Below, piece by piece: positions 1 to 12,909 of a stretch of 64,000 nt of DNA. The notes beneath the pieces were generated by a model, which was not told the DNA's origin, searched no databases, and was given only the letters and a program-made list of their open reading frames with translations. Position numbers and translations under genes: made by a program. Numbering within the stretch: position 1 is the first letter of the stretch; each line of letters starts with the position of its first letter. This DNA is from Paraspadella gotoi (Eukaryota; Animalia; Chaetognatha). The stretch is from contig CM119266.1 of NCBI GenBank assembly GCA_051294375.1, positions 19,789,657-19,853,656 of the forward strand, given 5' to 3'.

Positions 1-249
1 AAGTATGCTATTTATTTGGTGTTTTTAGAACGAATACGCATAAGAGTTTGGAGGAGATATTTTCTCTCCCAGTCAGATAATTCAGAGTCGACGGTCACCT
101 TCCCGTCAATATATTTAATATCTAAAGATTTATCATCGGGTCTGGTACTGAAGTTAGGATGGTAAAGTTAAAGATTACAAAAAATTGGATTAAAAAAGAT
201 TAAAAGATTAGGGATGAGGCAACTCTGTCTCTAATTATGAAAACCAGAA

Positions 250-553
250 TCAAAGCTCCGCCTTGCTCTCGTCGGGTTGGATGCGGCTAAACTCCTTTTG
301 GCCGATTGGCCGATTGCGTAAAAAGATTTCAAGAAGCTCCGCCTCATTTTCGGGGATTGGTTAAACTTTCATGCTAAATCGCATTAGGCTCCACCTCTTC
401 TACCACCAACATTAAATTCTCTCTTGTGAACAGCCGCCATTTTTCTTTGGATTGACAGTGTTGACTCCCCTAAAAAGTGTCACTCATCCGTCAAAAGGTT
501 TCTTGATTTCGCTTTTAATCGGAAGTTAATAGATTTGTGCAGGCTTTTAAAAG
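250..553 (+). promoter_or_regulatory. Putative promoter and non-coding first exon of the PKNOX gene
   Basis: Three GC-box-like GCTCC(G/A)CCT motifs (~255, 336, 388), two reverse CCAAT boxes (GATTGG at 304 and 355), a YY1-type CAGCCGCCATTTT at 431-443, and a donor AAG|GTATTA after 553. Confidence 0.55.
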
Positions 554-899
554 GTATTACTAAATTATAATCTTTTTATGAAATATGACCTACTGGGTAT
601 GGTCGCGTTTGTTATTACAGGATTGAAGTTTTTTCACCTCTTACCCATTGTCTCAAGTTTACAGTGAATACAGTTATAAAGTTACAGTTATAAAAACTAG
701 TTACTGCACAGTTTTAGATTATATCTTTATTATTAAAATTAAACGATTATTTCACATTAAATCAGCATTCAAAGTAAAAGTTGGAAATATCGGTTGAATT
801 GATAATATTTATAATTATATTAGTTGTATCAATTTCATAGTATTTGTAGAATTTGAAATAGATTTTATGCGTTTATTTTACTTATAAGATAAATCTTAA

Positions 900-1055
900 A
901 ATAATAGTTGATTCGGTCTTTGCATACCGGATGAAAAAAAATAAACCAGTAGAATTAACATTTATTTATTTCTATTTCTATTCTATTTCTATTTTAGTAT
1001 GTTTTATTATTTTTCATCTGGTATGGATAGACCGAATCAATCCTCAGCTATTATT
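900..1055. mobile_element. MITE-like foldback with ~50-bp imperfect terminal inverted repeats
   Basis: AATAATAG-TTGATTCGGTCTTTGCATACCGGATGAAAAA pairs with TTTTTCATCTGGTATGGATAGACCGAATCAA...CTATTATT; the interior is AT-rich. Confidence 0.55.
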
Positions 1056-1604
1056 AGACAGCAAATATTAGACATTAATCCTACCAGAATCATGACTGAA
1101 ACACTATTTAGCTTAAAATTTATCAATATCTATACCGGTTTTTAACCTGTTTCGCCTTATTTGTCAAGTCATATCTCAAAAACAAGAAGATATTTTGCAA
1201 TGATATTTTTCAATGATTATTATATGCATCTGAATGATATCGATCAATGATTTTTTGTCCGCCTACAAAATCACACTTCGTTATTTTTCAGCGTCTATTA
1301 AAACCATAAACAAAAAAATAAAGAAAAAAAAGATGATCAAATTTTGAACCACGTCCAATGAAACAGTCACTCTGGCTTATTTTTTTGCTGCCAGACACTC
1401 TTTAAGTCTAAGCACATAGGAGCGCTTTTGGCGAATGACCACTTTCTTATTTTGTTGGTAATAAAAGGTGCTGAGCCTTATTTTCGAGTCCAGTTATGGG
1501 CGTCTGAGTTTCATTCGTTTCCAATTCAGAGGGCATTTTTTTTTTAAATTTAATTTTATAAATTCAAAATTTAATTTACTTTTTGCATTTTTTCTTTACC
1601 TTAG

Positions 1605-1800
1605 CGAACGACGGTCACGCTGAACATTCGATATTACCCTGGATGCAAAGTGTAAGCGTCGTCTTGGATCACAACTTCGTCGGCATCATCGTCGCCGTTG
1701 TTGTTGATCATTACCGACGGAGAATCAGGAGTCCATTTTTAGCGATGAAATCGACTCCTCAAATGCAAAAACATTTCTAATTCCGGAAATGGAGACGAAG
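1605..1800 (+). other. Probable 5'-UTR exon of PKNOX
   Basis: Polypyrimidine tract plus TTAG acceptor at 1604, donor AAG|GTTGGA at 1801, GC-richer than flanks, and all three frames contain stops. Confidence 0.5.
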
Positions 1801-2294
1801 GTTGGAGTCTCTCGTCTGTTCTAATCTATCGAGTGTTTCACTATAAAAAGAAGGAAGGACGACTCAATCTGGGCCAAACCTCTTCTTTCCTCTATGAAAT
1901 TCGCTCTACAGTATGGATTTATTATATATTTTTTAACTGGAACGAAACATAAGTGCATTCCGCTAAAAAAATGTCATGTCATAAACCCGCTGCTAGAAAA
2001 AAATTAACCAAACGAAAACGTAAAGAGATTTTAACATTTTGAAAAGAGATACTTAAAGATAAGACATACTCATTTTTTATGTATAGATATCATTTCTTTT
2101 GTTTTACTTCTTCTTTAACAGAAAGAGGTAAAAGATTGCTTAGAAAATGATCTCCCAGCTCGATAGCTTTTTTGAATAAAAAATTTTTGTCTTACTTTCT
2201 GGACAATTAATAAAAAAATATTTAAAAAAATAAAAATAATTTGATATTGTTTGAAAGCCCTTAAAAAACTGGGCTAAATTTATATTATGTATAC

Positions 2295-2538
2295 TATTGA
2301 AGAGACAGTAATTATTGATAAGTGTTAATGACAGAACCGTTCAATATAAGCAGTCCCTGAGCTTCGGATCAAGGCTGTAACACCATGTTACAGGCGGGTT
2401 AAGCGCCCCGTCCCTCTTAACTGCTAGGCGGCCACCAGGCTAGAACCCCGGACCTTTGGGTTGGGAGGCGAATGACTTGCCTCCGGCACCAATGACCGCT
2501 GATGAACGGTTGGTGGATTTTAGTCCACCATACTATGT
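2295..2538 (-). mobile_element. tRNA-derived SINE, copy 1 of a near-identical pair
   Basis: Differs at only ~7 positions from 35834-36076. The minus strand has a tRNA-like head TGGTGCCGGAGG...GGTTCTAGCC (A/B-box-like). Confidence 0.7.
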
Positions 2539-3124
2539 TATATTTCCCGATTCTCGATTCCCGATTTTTTTTTAGGCTTAGTCAAAGTTATATGGTATAG
2601 AATTATGATTACCTTAGTTTAAAAATAGTTAAAAGCAAGGTATATTACTTGAAAAAATTATAATTGATATTCCTTGCGATGCCCATATTTGTGCAAATGA
2701 GTAAGATTATGATTGCTTAAACTATGAATGAGCTATGAATTTTAGCTCGAATTTGCTCCTCATCTTTTTTTGCTCATTACGGACTCAAAACAAAATCTAT
2801 TACCAAGAAAATTATGCATAAAAAATGTTTGTATTTTAGGATTCAAAAAAAGTTTATCATTAAAAGAAAACAGACATGTTTTTACTCTTATTTTCTAGTC
2901 CCTTTTTCTTTCGAATAAAAAACATATTGTTTGTTAACAATACACTGTTTTTTCTTCCATAAAATTATTTAAAAAGGCCCTTCAAATATATTGTTTTCTA
3001 AAAAATGTCCCTCTCATTCCCAACTGACCTTATTAAGTTATTTCATTTCCCTTCACTCTTCTGACCTTACCTTCATCTGCCTTCGTCTCTAATCACTATA
3101 TCACTACTCTATTCTTTGTTGGTA

Positions 3125-3165
<41 letters not shown>

Positions 3166-3865
3166 CTTTATTATTATTTTTTTTATTCTGTTTTTTTTTA
3201 ACAGTATGGAAAAAAAATGTAAATAATAATTATACTATTACATTTACTAAATAATCATAATTAATTTTATTTGAAAATTCTATAGTTATAAAGATAAATA
3301 TTTATATTTATATATGTTATATTTATTTTTATTCAAGTCGCCTCACTTTACGCATTTACACTTTTTACCAAAATTTAATTGGAAAAATTATAGCTAATTA
3401 TTTTATAAATAAAACAAATATTTATATCCGACGATATGATTATAAAACGTCAAATTATGAAATATATTGATGATACAATCATACACTTTTTAAAAATCAG
3501 TTATTATTCATAATTATTTTTATATAGAAATATATAGAATTTTTTCATTAATAAAACATAAATAAATATACGATAATAAAGTAACCAATTATGAAAGACC
3601 CTGATGATGAAAAGCCATATATACATTTTTAATTTTATACAATAATAAACTTTTATTTTATTCAGATGTAAAAAGCGTGACGACGGAGACGATGATGACA
3701 TCACTTAGCTGAAGAATTTGATTAACTCACCCAAGCCGGCAGGCGGGCTGGAGAGTAAAAAAACAACCAGCACAATTGTGATGATTTTTTGTTGTTGTGA
3801 CATTCGTGATTGGAAACGGGATAAAGGCGCTTCAGTAATTTTAACCTGAAGAACGAAACTTTACT

Positions 3866-6393
3866 ATGATGAATAAAACAAAATCTGCATCTAATTCGAA
3901 AGTCAAAGCGGAAGATAAGATTGCTATCTACAAACATCCCCTCTTCCCGCTTTTAAGTATTCTCTTCGAAAAGTGTGAGCGATGCACGATGACGCCCGAC
4001 TCGCCGGAGGCTAAGACCGCCGACAAGGAAATAGCCGCATTCGTCAAAGGGAGACGTTGTTCGCCAGCCACGGCGGTCGAGAGGTTTTTCACTGTCAACG
4101 CGGAACTTGACGATTTTATGATGAAAGCCGTTCAAGTTATGCGAATTCATTTAATGGAGCTTGAGAAAGTAAACGAACTGTGCCATGACTTCTGCTCGCG
4201 TTACACTCAATGCCTTAAAGGAAAGATGCAAAGCGAAAATCTGCTCAGAGGGCCCGACGAGCCTGTGCCGCTTGCTTTTTCGCAGGTAAAAAAAAATTTA
4301 ATAGTTGTTGGGCCAATTAGTAAATGTTTATTGTGAACCTATTTATGCTTGCCTCAGTAGCAAAAAAATATTTTAAGGGAAAGGTTTTCGTGTATTGAGA
4401 ACTGGCCTTCAGGAAATCCTAAAACTTTAAAGAATAAAAGACAATTTCCGATGCAATGCGTGTCATAAGTACACGTGAAAAGAAAGTCACTGTGGCGTAA
4501 CACATTTGAATTACCGTTCTTGTTTAAATAAATTTTAATTAAATACTTTGTGATAAAATTTATGTTGGAGGGTAAATACATAGCTGACACTCGAACACGT
4601 ACTTTCCTTAAATATACTACAAGATGCTCATAAGGCTGTAAAGGGAATACAATGATATAAGTCAAATTATCAAACATAAATGAATCCTAATGTCGTAAAA
4701 ATTTTCATTCCAGGTGATTCTGCATCCATCGTCTCCAGACTCAAATTCAATAATATCCTCATCCCCGCCTGCTGCTCTTGGGCCTGTTAATGCGGGGAAT
4801 TCCGCGACATCATGCCAAGAGCATTCCGTTGTAAAGATTGTTTCCACAAGGTCCCAGCCTTCCTCTACAATTCTTCTGGCTCCAGAAAAAATTGTTTCGA
4901 GCCCGATGTCTCCTAGAACAGGAGTCACTCTCGCCGCCGTCACCCCAGGAAGCATTGTTTCCGGTTCTACCGTTTATCAAATGGTAAGGACTTCGCAGGG
5001 ACTCATAGCGCAGCCATTAACTATGGCACGGGCATCATCAACGGGTGTTGGCGTTATTTCCGGCTCCACTCCTCTCTCAAAGATCGGGGCTCTCTCCAGC
5101 TTGAACTCTACTGAGAGGAGAAATTCGACGACGCAAGCAGACCCGACGCCCGGCTCCTCTCGTCTCCATGATTACATTGCGGTCGCTTGTAATCTAAATG
5201 AAGAAGATGAAGAGGCTGACTCAAAACCAAACGCCAAACGTGGGGTTCTTCCAAAGAAAGCAACCAACGTCATGCGTTCATGGCTTTTTCAGCACATTGT
5301 GCATCCATATCCCACTGAAGATGAAAAGAAAGAAATAGCGCTTCAAACTAATCTCACACTTCTGCAGGTGATGGCTTAAAGCGGAGTTGCAAAAAAAAGG
5401 GATGTGAATTCAATTAAATCAAAGTGTGCGGCAAAAAAAATAATTTGATAAACTATACTTAAATAATTATTATTTATTATGTTACAAATCTAAATTCAAA
5501 ATCTGTTCTGAGTTGGAATGAAGATGCATGTGCAAAAGAAAAAGGTACTTTTTAGTTTCAGGCAAAATATTTTATAATCGCTATTTTGTACTGCTTTCTT
5601 GAACTGAAAAATTGGAAATAGTCAAATTAGTCATTCTGTATAAAAACCAAAGCAATTAATCGTTAGCCCGTCTGAGAGTCAATTTCTATGGGTTCTTAAA
5701 GTATCAATTTAAATAGTGGATCATAAACCGGCTTGTACCTATTAAAATTGTAATTTGCCTGCAATTTGCCTGCGCTTTCTTCGTCAATAATGTGCCAGTG
5801 GTTTGAGTTAGACACGGAGCACCGAGGGTCCGAACCTCAACCAAGTGAGATACCTCAACCCCCAAGCATCACTTGGTATCACCCATTTATATTTTAAGTT
5901 TGTGTCTTTCATGACGAGAATCCCCACAAATTAACCGCAATATCCTTGTATTCAGGTTAATAATTGGTTTATCAACGCGCGACGTCGAATTCTTCAGCCG
6001 ATGCTCGATGCCTCTAATCCCGAGACGAAACCTAAAAAATCAAAGCAACCCGCCAACAAGAACAGATTTTGGCCCGAAAGCATAGCGCGTCCAAATGGCG
6101 AAGTGAGCATCGAAGCCAACGGGATCGCCGCGAAAAACGACGAAAAGATCGACAGGGAAATGAAGGGCATTGATCTGAGCCAAACGAAAAAAAGTAATAT
6201 TGATCCAGAACTCAAAGAAACGAACCGAAACTCGTCTTCGTTAGAAGAAAGCGATTTTTCTTTCGATCCTCCTGTCACACTAGCCTCATCGAATCTTCCG
6301 GACAGTTCCCCCATCAGCAGTGAAGACTCTAACACGCCCAGAGATCTCAGTTGCGGCGGAATCGCGCGCCTCAAAACTTTTACTAATGTCTGA
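3866..6393 (+). CDS. PKNOX: TALE-class homeobox protein PKNOX/Prep (~503 aa)
   Basis: Exons 3866-4285, 4714-5367, 5956-6393, all GT-AG and phase 0. MEINOX domain ([18 protein letters not shown]; [27 protein letters not shown]) and TALE homeodomain [32 protein letters not shown]...LLQ|[23 protein letters not shown] and ILQPMLD are PKNOX-type rather than Meis-type. Confidence 0.96.
4330..4525 (+). mobile_element. Partial HINE/Helentron-like element (family B) in a PKNOX intron
   Basis: Shares ...TTCCGATGCA...GTCACTG(T/C)GGCG(T/C)AACACATTTGAATTACCGTTCTTGTTT with copies at 17.9, 22.4, 44.3, 50.5, 52.4 and 55.4 kb. Confidence 0.6.
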
Positions 6394-7746
6394 ACTCATC
6401 ACCCAGTTTTTTTTTTGAAATTGCCATTCAATCAATTTAATTTAAATACATTTTTTTAGTCGGATCTGCTTCAGCAAACCCTACTGTATAATTCAATTTG
6501 TCGGTTTATTGTTCGTTTTTGAAGTAAGTTAACCATACCTTGAAAGCAAACACTTCCCTAAATCCCCAACACTTTACGCCCATTTAGATTATAAGTTATT
6601 GAAAGAACCTAAATCAATAAAATAAACAATTAAAAAGTTAATACAGCTTGTTGTAACTGAGCTTAAATTCTTATTCAAAGATGCGAAAACTTTGTGAAAA
6701 CTCTTTGCAATAAAAAATATAGTTTCGATTAGGAATGAAAGCTAACACAAGTTTTTATTTTAAATAAATTATTATGCAGATAAAGTTTTGATTGTTTCAG
6801 CTACGATTTTATTATTACCAAGAAATTGAAGAATGAGAAAATTGGGCATGTTTCGATCAAATTTTTTGACCTTAATTTAGCGCGGAATAAGGTCAAAAAA
6901 GGTCAATCCTTTGTAATATTGAAATCACTGTTGAAAAAAAATTCCATCCTTTTACTGCACGCAACGAAACAAAAGATTAAACTCTCTCTTGAAATAAAAT
7001 AAAATAAACAATTTTATGGTAATTAACGAAAACGAACGAACAAAACTTGCAGGAATAAATATTAGGAGTGATATCCTTTTGATTCATTTAATAAATAAGC
7101 TATCTTGCCTCTGACTTTGGACAGGCTTTGATGGTTTAAAGCCTCCACTCTTACGAGATAATGACATCGCAGGTCAGGTTATTGGAAGAAGTACCATTTG
7201 TTTTTTATCCACCTTATTTGAAGTGCTCACGTCACGGTGAGAATAAAAATAGAAATAAATATGATAATCATAATGGAGATACCAAACAAAACTGGATGAA
7301 CTCATCTTTCCGTTTGTTCTTTAAAATTAACAATCCACTTCACCAATTTGACACAGCGTTTATTTGTAAAGTGACAGTACGCTTGAGCTTGAGTCACTCT
7401 GTAGAAAGGAAAAGTTGATTTTGATTTTTTCGCTTTTTTGAATAGGAAAAGGCGATTTACCGTGTAATTACAGTTTATGTATATTATAAAAACGAAGTAG
7501 ATTATAGAGTCGAAAATAGCCATAAGAACAAATAAGGAATTTGTTACCGTACTAAATTGATAGTATGAAAGCTTGCTATGCAATACAACAACAACAACCA
7601 TAACGACATATTGGCCTTGCGCACAATATTCATCGCGTGACAAGCTCTTTCGCTATCTATCGATCATTTCCCGTGCGTGACGCGATTTGAAGGAGAGAAA
7701 GATAGAGAGAGAGTCAATATGAAAAGTTATATTCATTTATGTCACA

Positions 7747-10700
7747 ATGCTCAACTTGACCAGCGCCACTTTTTCTGTCGATGCCTTTAATTTTAGCCGC
7801 GGTCGGAATTTAAGCGACGTCAAAGTCCGAGGAATCTGTTATCTGACTCCGGAGGCAAGAATTACTGCCGCGGCCGTACTCTGCCTCAGCTTTTTAATAG
7901 GTTTGTGAACGGTTAAACAATGTTTTGATTGTTACACGTCTATCAGTGTAGTATAAATTAAAATAATATCTAAATTTTATATTTATTGGTTTTGATTTGA
8001 CTTGGCAATGTGTGTCACATTGTATTTAGTAAAAGGTGGGTATGTCAGTATAAGTCTATAAATCTATAAATCTATTCAACTGACCAGTGACCAATCCGTT
8101 CATGGTACGAGTTAGCGCAGTAAAATTTTCACGCCCATCAGTGATTCTAAACAAATTAAACTGATTTTAAAACAAAAAGGGATTTTCGCCAACTCGACAT
8201 TCTTGGTGGCGTCTTGTCGCCTCCGCTACATTCGCTCTGGTTACCTCTACTCCCTCTTCGTCAACGTCGCTTTGGCCGACTTCGTCACCTCCTTCGCAAC
8301 GACTCCCATTTTCCTCTTCCTACTCGTTTATACGATGCCCATCTTTCCGGTCCTCTTCGCTCGCGTCCTCAGCGTCGCTTGCAACGTCGCACAATTGACG
8401 GCAATCTTCTCCGTCGCTGGCGTCGCTGTCGTCAGGGCATCCAAATTGTGGAGCGGAAAATCGCGGCTGAGCGTAAGGAATGATATCATAACTTGATAAT
8501 TCAAATCTTGATGATGTCAGTCCAATGTTTCCCTAGGGATTTTTCTCCAAAGGGGTTTTCTTGATTCCTTGGGTCCTTTCCATTGTTGTGTCTGTAATGG
8601 TTTACGTTTTCGAGACTCCGATAGACCTGGAAGCAGCCGAAGTCAACCATACCACCTCCGCAGTCTTATATGCGTTCCTCGATATATTTCAGCAGGTATA
8701 ATGAAGCAAGATGGAAAACTGTATGGTTTACCGCCATTGATAGATCAAATTGAGTTTTATAAAAATAATAAACATTCTTTTAACGTCATCGCAAAAAAAA
8801 AATTCGTTTGTTAAATGCACTTTTCTCCATGATGAAAATATATCTTAATAATAAACATTGTTTTGTTTCTTTCGTTTCGTTGCGTTGGTAGCATTAAAGG
8901 AGAATAGTTTGTTTTTATTTTTAACATTATTTGCTAAATAAATTCGTTGTTCAAAATAAAAACAAATTATTCTCCTTTAATAATAATAAAGAAAATTATT
9001 AATTTTTTGATACCATGTTCTCAAATCCTGCCTTCAACTGCTACTGCTCAGTGCTCACTGCTCAGATTCAAACGCAACGAATCCAATTGAAATATATTTT
9101 GTGGTGAAGAAAAATAAAGAATATCTTTTTAAAAAATGTTTATCTATTCCTTATGAAAAAAAGGAAAAAAAAAAGAAAAAAAGCAAACTGGCGTTTACAT
9201 TAAGATCTAATTTTTCCGTTTCAGAACCCGAAGTTTGTGGCTCTAGTCCCTTACGTGGGCCTTTATCGTTCACGCTCATGCGGTTTCTACGAAATGCCAA
9301 CACTCGCGACCGCAGTGACAATGGCGGTTTTCTTAACTTGCGCTTGCTACGTATTCATCGCTCGGAATGTCATATTGTATTTTTGTGACAAAAAGATACC
9401 GGGTGATTATTGGATTAAAACCTTTTCGTAATTTTGCAATCTTCGTATCTTCGTTTCGTTATTCGTATATTCGTATATGCCTGCATCCCTAACTTATCTT
9501 TAGAGGGTCAAACAAGATCTTCTGGATCGAACCATATTCGTCTTAGTCGTCACGCTCAACCGTCGCCCCGGTGTTGGTCGTCACGTCATCCGCGCGAATG
9601 CCAAGCGCTGCTTTTTTGTTTCGCGAGTGGCGTCCATTTGCTCACCTTCTATGCGCCGCTGGGCATCTGCATGTTCGTCGATCGTCTTTTTTTCGGTCAG
9701 GTCAAATTTAATAATAATAATCGTGTTGATTAGATCAATAATAATAATAATCATCGAGTTGATTAGATCAAGCATACCCCCTGCACGACAATGCCTCTAA
9801 GACAGTCGATGAGATGCACCGTTACAATATATTGCCAAAAAATCCATTGTTTGATTCAGGAATTTGTAGCGATGCCAAGCTCGTTCTTGCTTCCTTGTGG
9901 CATCTCGGTTCCTCTCTCAATGGCCTCATTCTCTGCCACAGCAACGTGGAAATTAATTTCATGCTACGCGTCACCATCGAGGATTTCCTTGTTTGCAGGT
10001 GTTGACGATGGCGCAGAAGCAGAACTCCGGCTCGAGCTTGGTCACCGACTAGATTTTATCTCTATTTTCTCAAACAGTTCACTCTGCAACGCCAGTGAAA
10101 GAATCTCTACGAGGGCGGGAAAAGCGAAGGGACGTCGCGACGGGTCAATCAAACGGTGTCCGGCTATCATCAAGCCCGGTTCCCCGCAGCCCTGTCGTGG
10201 GTTGATGCCGGCCAGGCTCCACCCCCGGACGAATTTCCCTCCGCCCTCTGTGGCTTCGGAACCGCGCCTGTCTTCGCCGTCGCTTTCCCAACGAGATATC
10301 TCCGCCGAATCGAGGCCGTCTGAAAGGCTGAAAGGTGCGGCACAAATTCGGTCTCAGAAAAACACCTTCGAAAGTCATCCAACGACGAGTGTTGAAAGGT
10401 AGAAATTAGGGAATCGGAGAGCGAAAGCCAGCCCGACTAGAATTACTAGAACGGCACTAAATCTTTCAAAATTTTAATCATCAGCATCGTGGACATCCGT
10501 TCCTCTTCGAATCCTCCACCTCGATTGACCTACGCTTTTCCCCAAGTCGATAACAGGCTCATGTCGCTCACTGGAATCGCTCGCCCACTGACTGCGCCCC
10601 GCGATGAGGCCAATTGGCAGGAAATGACTCCCTCCAGATGGTGCAACATGAATGTGGAAATGATCACGTTTCCATTGAGGCGTTATTCGGGAACCTCGAA

Positions 10701-10815
10701 CATTTCTTCGAATCCTAACGAAGTGTTAAAGTGGCATCGGTCCACGTCTTCGTCTCCATCGACAAAAAACGACAACGCTATTCACACGCAAGGACGATCT
10801 GGTAACTTTGAATAA
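7747..10815 (+). CDS. Divergent rhodopsin-like (class A) 7TM receptor with long C-terminal tail (~616 aa)
   Basis: Phase-consistent exons 7747-7900, 8180-8472, 8537-8695, 9225-9402, 9504-9700, 9860-10398, 10485-10815 (1851 nt). N-terminal sequons NLT/NFS/NLS, TM1 GIFAN, TM2 NVALAD, TM3 ending AVVRA, TM4 Trp (IPWVLS), TM5 CYVFIAR, TM6 FYAP. Confidence 0.8.
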
Positions 10816-11653
10816 TTTCGCCATATGGAGCATTTTCCTTATTAATTTAACTATGTATAGCGGAGGCGATCTATCAACGGTAACACTTTTGTCCTTTACC
10901 AATGAATTGGTTTATGTTTGACAGAAATCTAAAAATTAGACAAATTACTAATTTAATTAGCTTTACATTCCCTAATACTTTTTATTCTTGTCTTATCGAC
11001 CCAACTACTCAATAGATTATTCCATCCTCTAAGAACCGTTAATCATATTTTTATTAGCGAAATAATTTTAAGCGACATTTAACAGTGTGCAATACTTTTT
11101 CATAATGGCAAAATGATCATAGAATTCAAACGGGATCGTTAGTAAAGAGAGAGGGAAAGAGAGAGGAAAAGAGAGAGGGTAAGGGAGAAAGAAAGAGAGA
11201 GAGTTCATGGCAAGAATCTTCGACCAAAATAACTGGTCACTTGGTCGATGTGGTGTCGTCCACAGTTTAAATATAACAAATGATAGAATATAAGCAAAAG
11301 CCATAACATTGCCAAAACAAGAGTGGGTAAAAACAACACCAATGTCACAATAATCTGCAATAACAAATATTATTTAGTTCCAATTGCTGGACATACTTTA
11401 AATTAAATCTGGAAAGTGTCGAATTTATAAAAAAAAAAATACCGAATTTTATCAGATACTAGCAACTTTTCATTTGCGTCAATAGAAACCAAAAACTAAG
11501 AACCTTTACCTAATAAAAATTGGTCCATTTTGTATATTGTTTTGTAAAAATAAATATTACTTGGGACTAACGGGTAGACTCAGGAAAAAAAAAATCTTGA
11601 TTGCGATTGACAATTCGAATCCATTAGCGAAGTTTTATCAGCGGTTCAACCAG

Positions 11654-12909
11654 TTATTGTCCAGTGTTCAATCCACCCCGAGCGACGACTTCCCCTTGCT
11701 GTCTTATTCCGTGCATAAACTGTTCTAATTTTTCGCACTTAAGACGCCACTCCTCAATCTCTCTCTTCTTTTCTTCTCGTTCCCTGTTCAGTTGTTTGTT
11801 TTCTTCACGGAGGCTTTCACACCTCAACTGGGAGAAAATAAAATGGTAAGGTGACTCCAATAGGCGTATGTGATCGCAAAATGGTAAGCTTAAACCTGTC
11901 CTGTAACGTCTACCTTAAGGACCAGCGAACCCAGGAAGAGAACCCGGGACGCACAGGTCAGGTACCAGGCTAGCATTGCTCCTGGTAAGAAGTTATGACA
12001 AGAAGAAATCTTTGCTTACCCTAAGCTGTTTCTCCTCCTCCTCCTTAACAGTACGGCACTGCTTGGCATAACCTCGATTTTTGAGCGTCCGCCTACGTTC
12101 CTTTAGCCTCTTGACTACATCCTTGGGCAAACCTTTCAGTCGAGAATTTAGGTCAACGATGGACAATGTTGTCAATTTGTCGTCTGTCAACCCAGCGTTC
12201 TGAAAGGAGGGAACATAAAGATAAAATGTATAGCAGGCGGGAAGTTAAAGCGGGCGTTGCGCCGCCCTTCCAGATGATCACGTGACTACTCAAGTATGAA
12301 ACAAATGCACAACGGTTTGAGTAACTGACTTTTTTTTTAAGTAAAACATATATGAAATATACCGTTTTAACTTTCTTATGTGACCGCAACTCAATATATT
12401 ATACAAGTATAAACTATATACAAATATATTACAAGTATAAACAATACACTTCTGGTGGACCTATCACCATAGACGAATTAAAGCGGTTTCCTTGGCAGCG
12501 CAATTTGCGTCGAAAGTGAAACCCGCCGGTAGGCGCGGACCTATAGCCAAATCCAAAGCTCTGGACTCCATGATCATGATGTCTCGCTGTCAACATGAGG
12601 TGACCCCGTTGAAGAAGTGCCGTCGCGTAAAACAAACATCTTCAACCTCATCTCTCGATAAAATATTTATTCTATTGACTTAATATTACATATTACGACG
12701 ATTTGACTCACTGTTCATGTGATCGCGTGACTGCACATTGAGCATACTGTGAAATTCCCGGCACAGACCTTTATCATAGCTTCATCAACGTCTGTCCTTC
12801 CCTCGTCCTCTTCGTCTGAGGAAGAAATAGTCGTGGACGTTTCCAACTTCATACTTTCATCAAATTCATCGAACTTTGGTGGGCGTCTCGCTCTCGGTAA
12901 CCGTGCCAT
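11654..12909 (-). CDS. MAF: Small Maf bZIP transcription factor, MafF/G/K-like (~164 aa)
   Basis: Exons 12909-12769, 12199-12020, 11827-11654, phase 0. Maf extended homology region and basic region LTDDKLTTLSIVDLNSRLKGLPKDVVKRLKERRRTLKNRGYAKQCR, followed by a zipper. No large-Maf activation domain is visible. Exon 1 is less certain. Confidence 0.9.

Noticed and set aside
2420-2495. Functional tRNA genes (also 14390-14450 and 37560-37630)
   Set aside because: Only degenerate A/B boxes, no full cloverleaf, and embedded in dispersed repeats; these are SINE heads.
2498-2530. Other CTGATGA matches (2499, 3601, 24758, 36037, 40401) as hammerheads
   Set aside because: No stem II followed by GAAA and NUH.
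5994-6374. Antisense ORFs over PKNOX, GPCR and filamin-like exons (4662-4955, 5994-6374, 19931-20377)
   Set aside because: Shadow frames of real coding exons with no independent features.
9860-9980. Opsin assignment for the 7TM gene
   Set aside because: No retinal-binding Lys in an opsin-like TM7 context and no NPxxY.
12570-12610. In-frame TGA after Cys on the minus strand as selenocysteine
   Set aside because: No selenoprotein similarity, no SECIS recognised, and the frame does not join the Maf exons.
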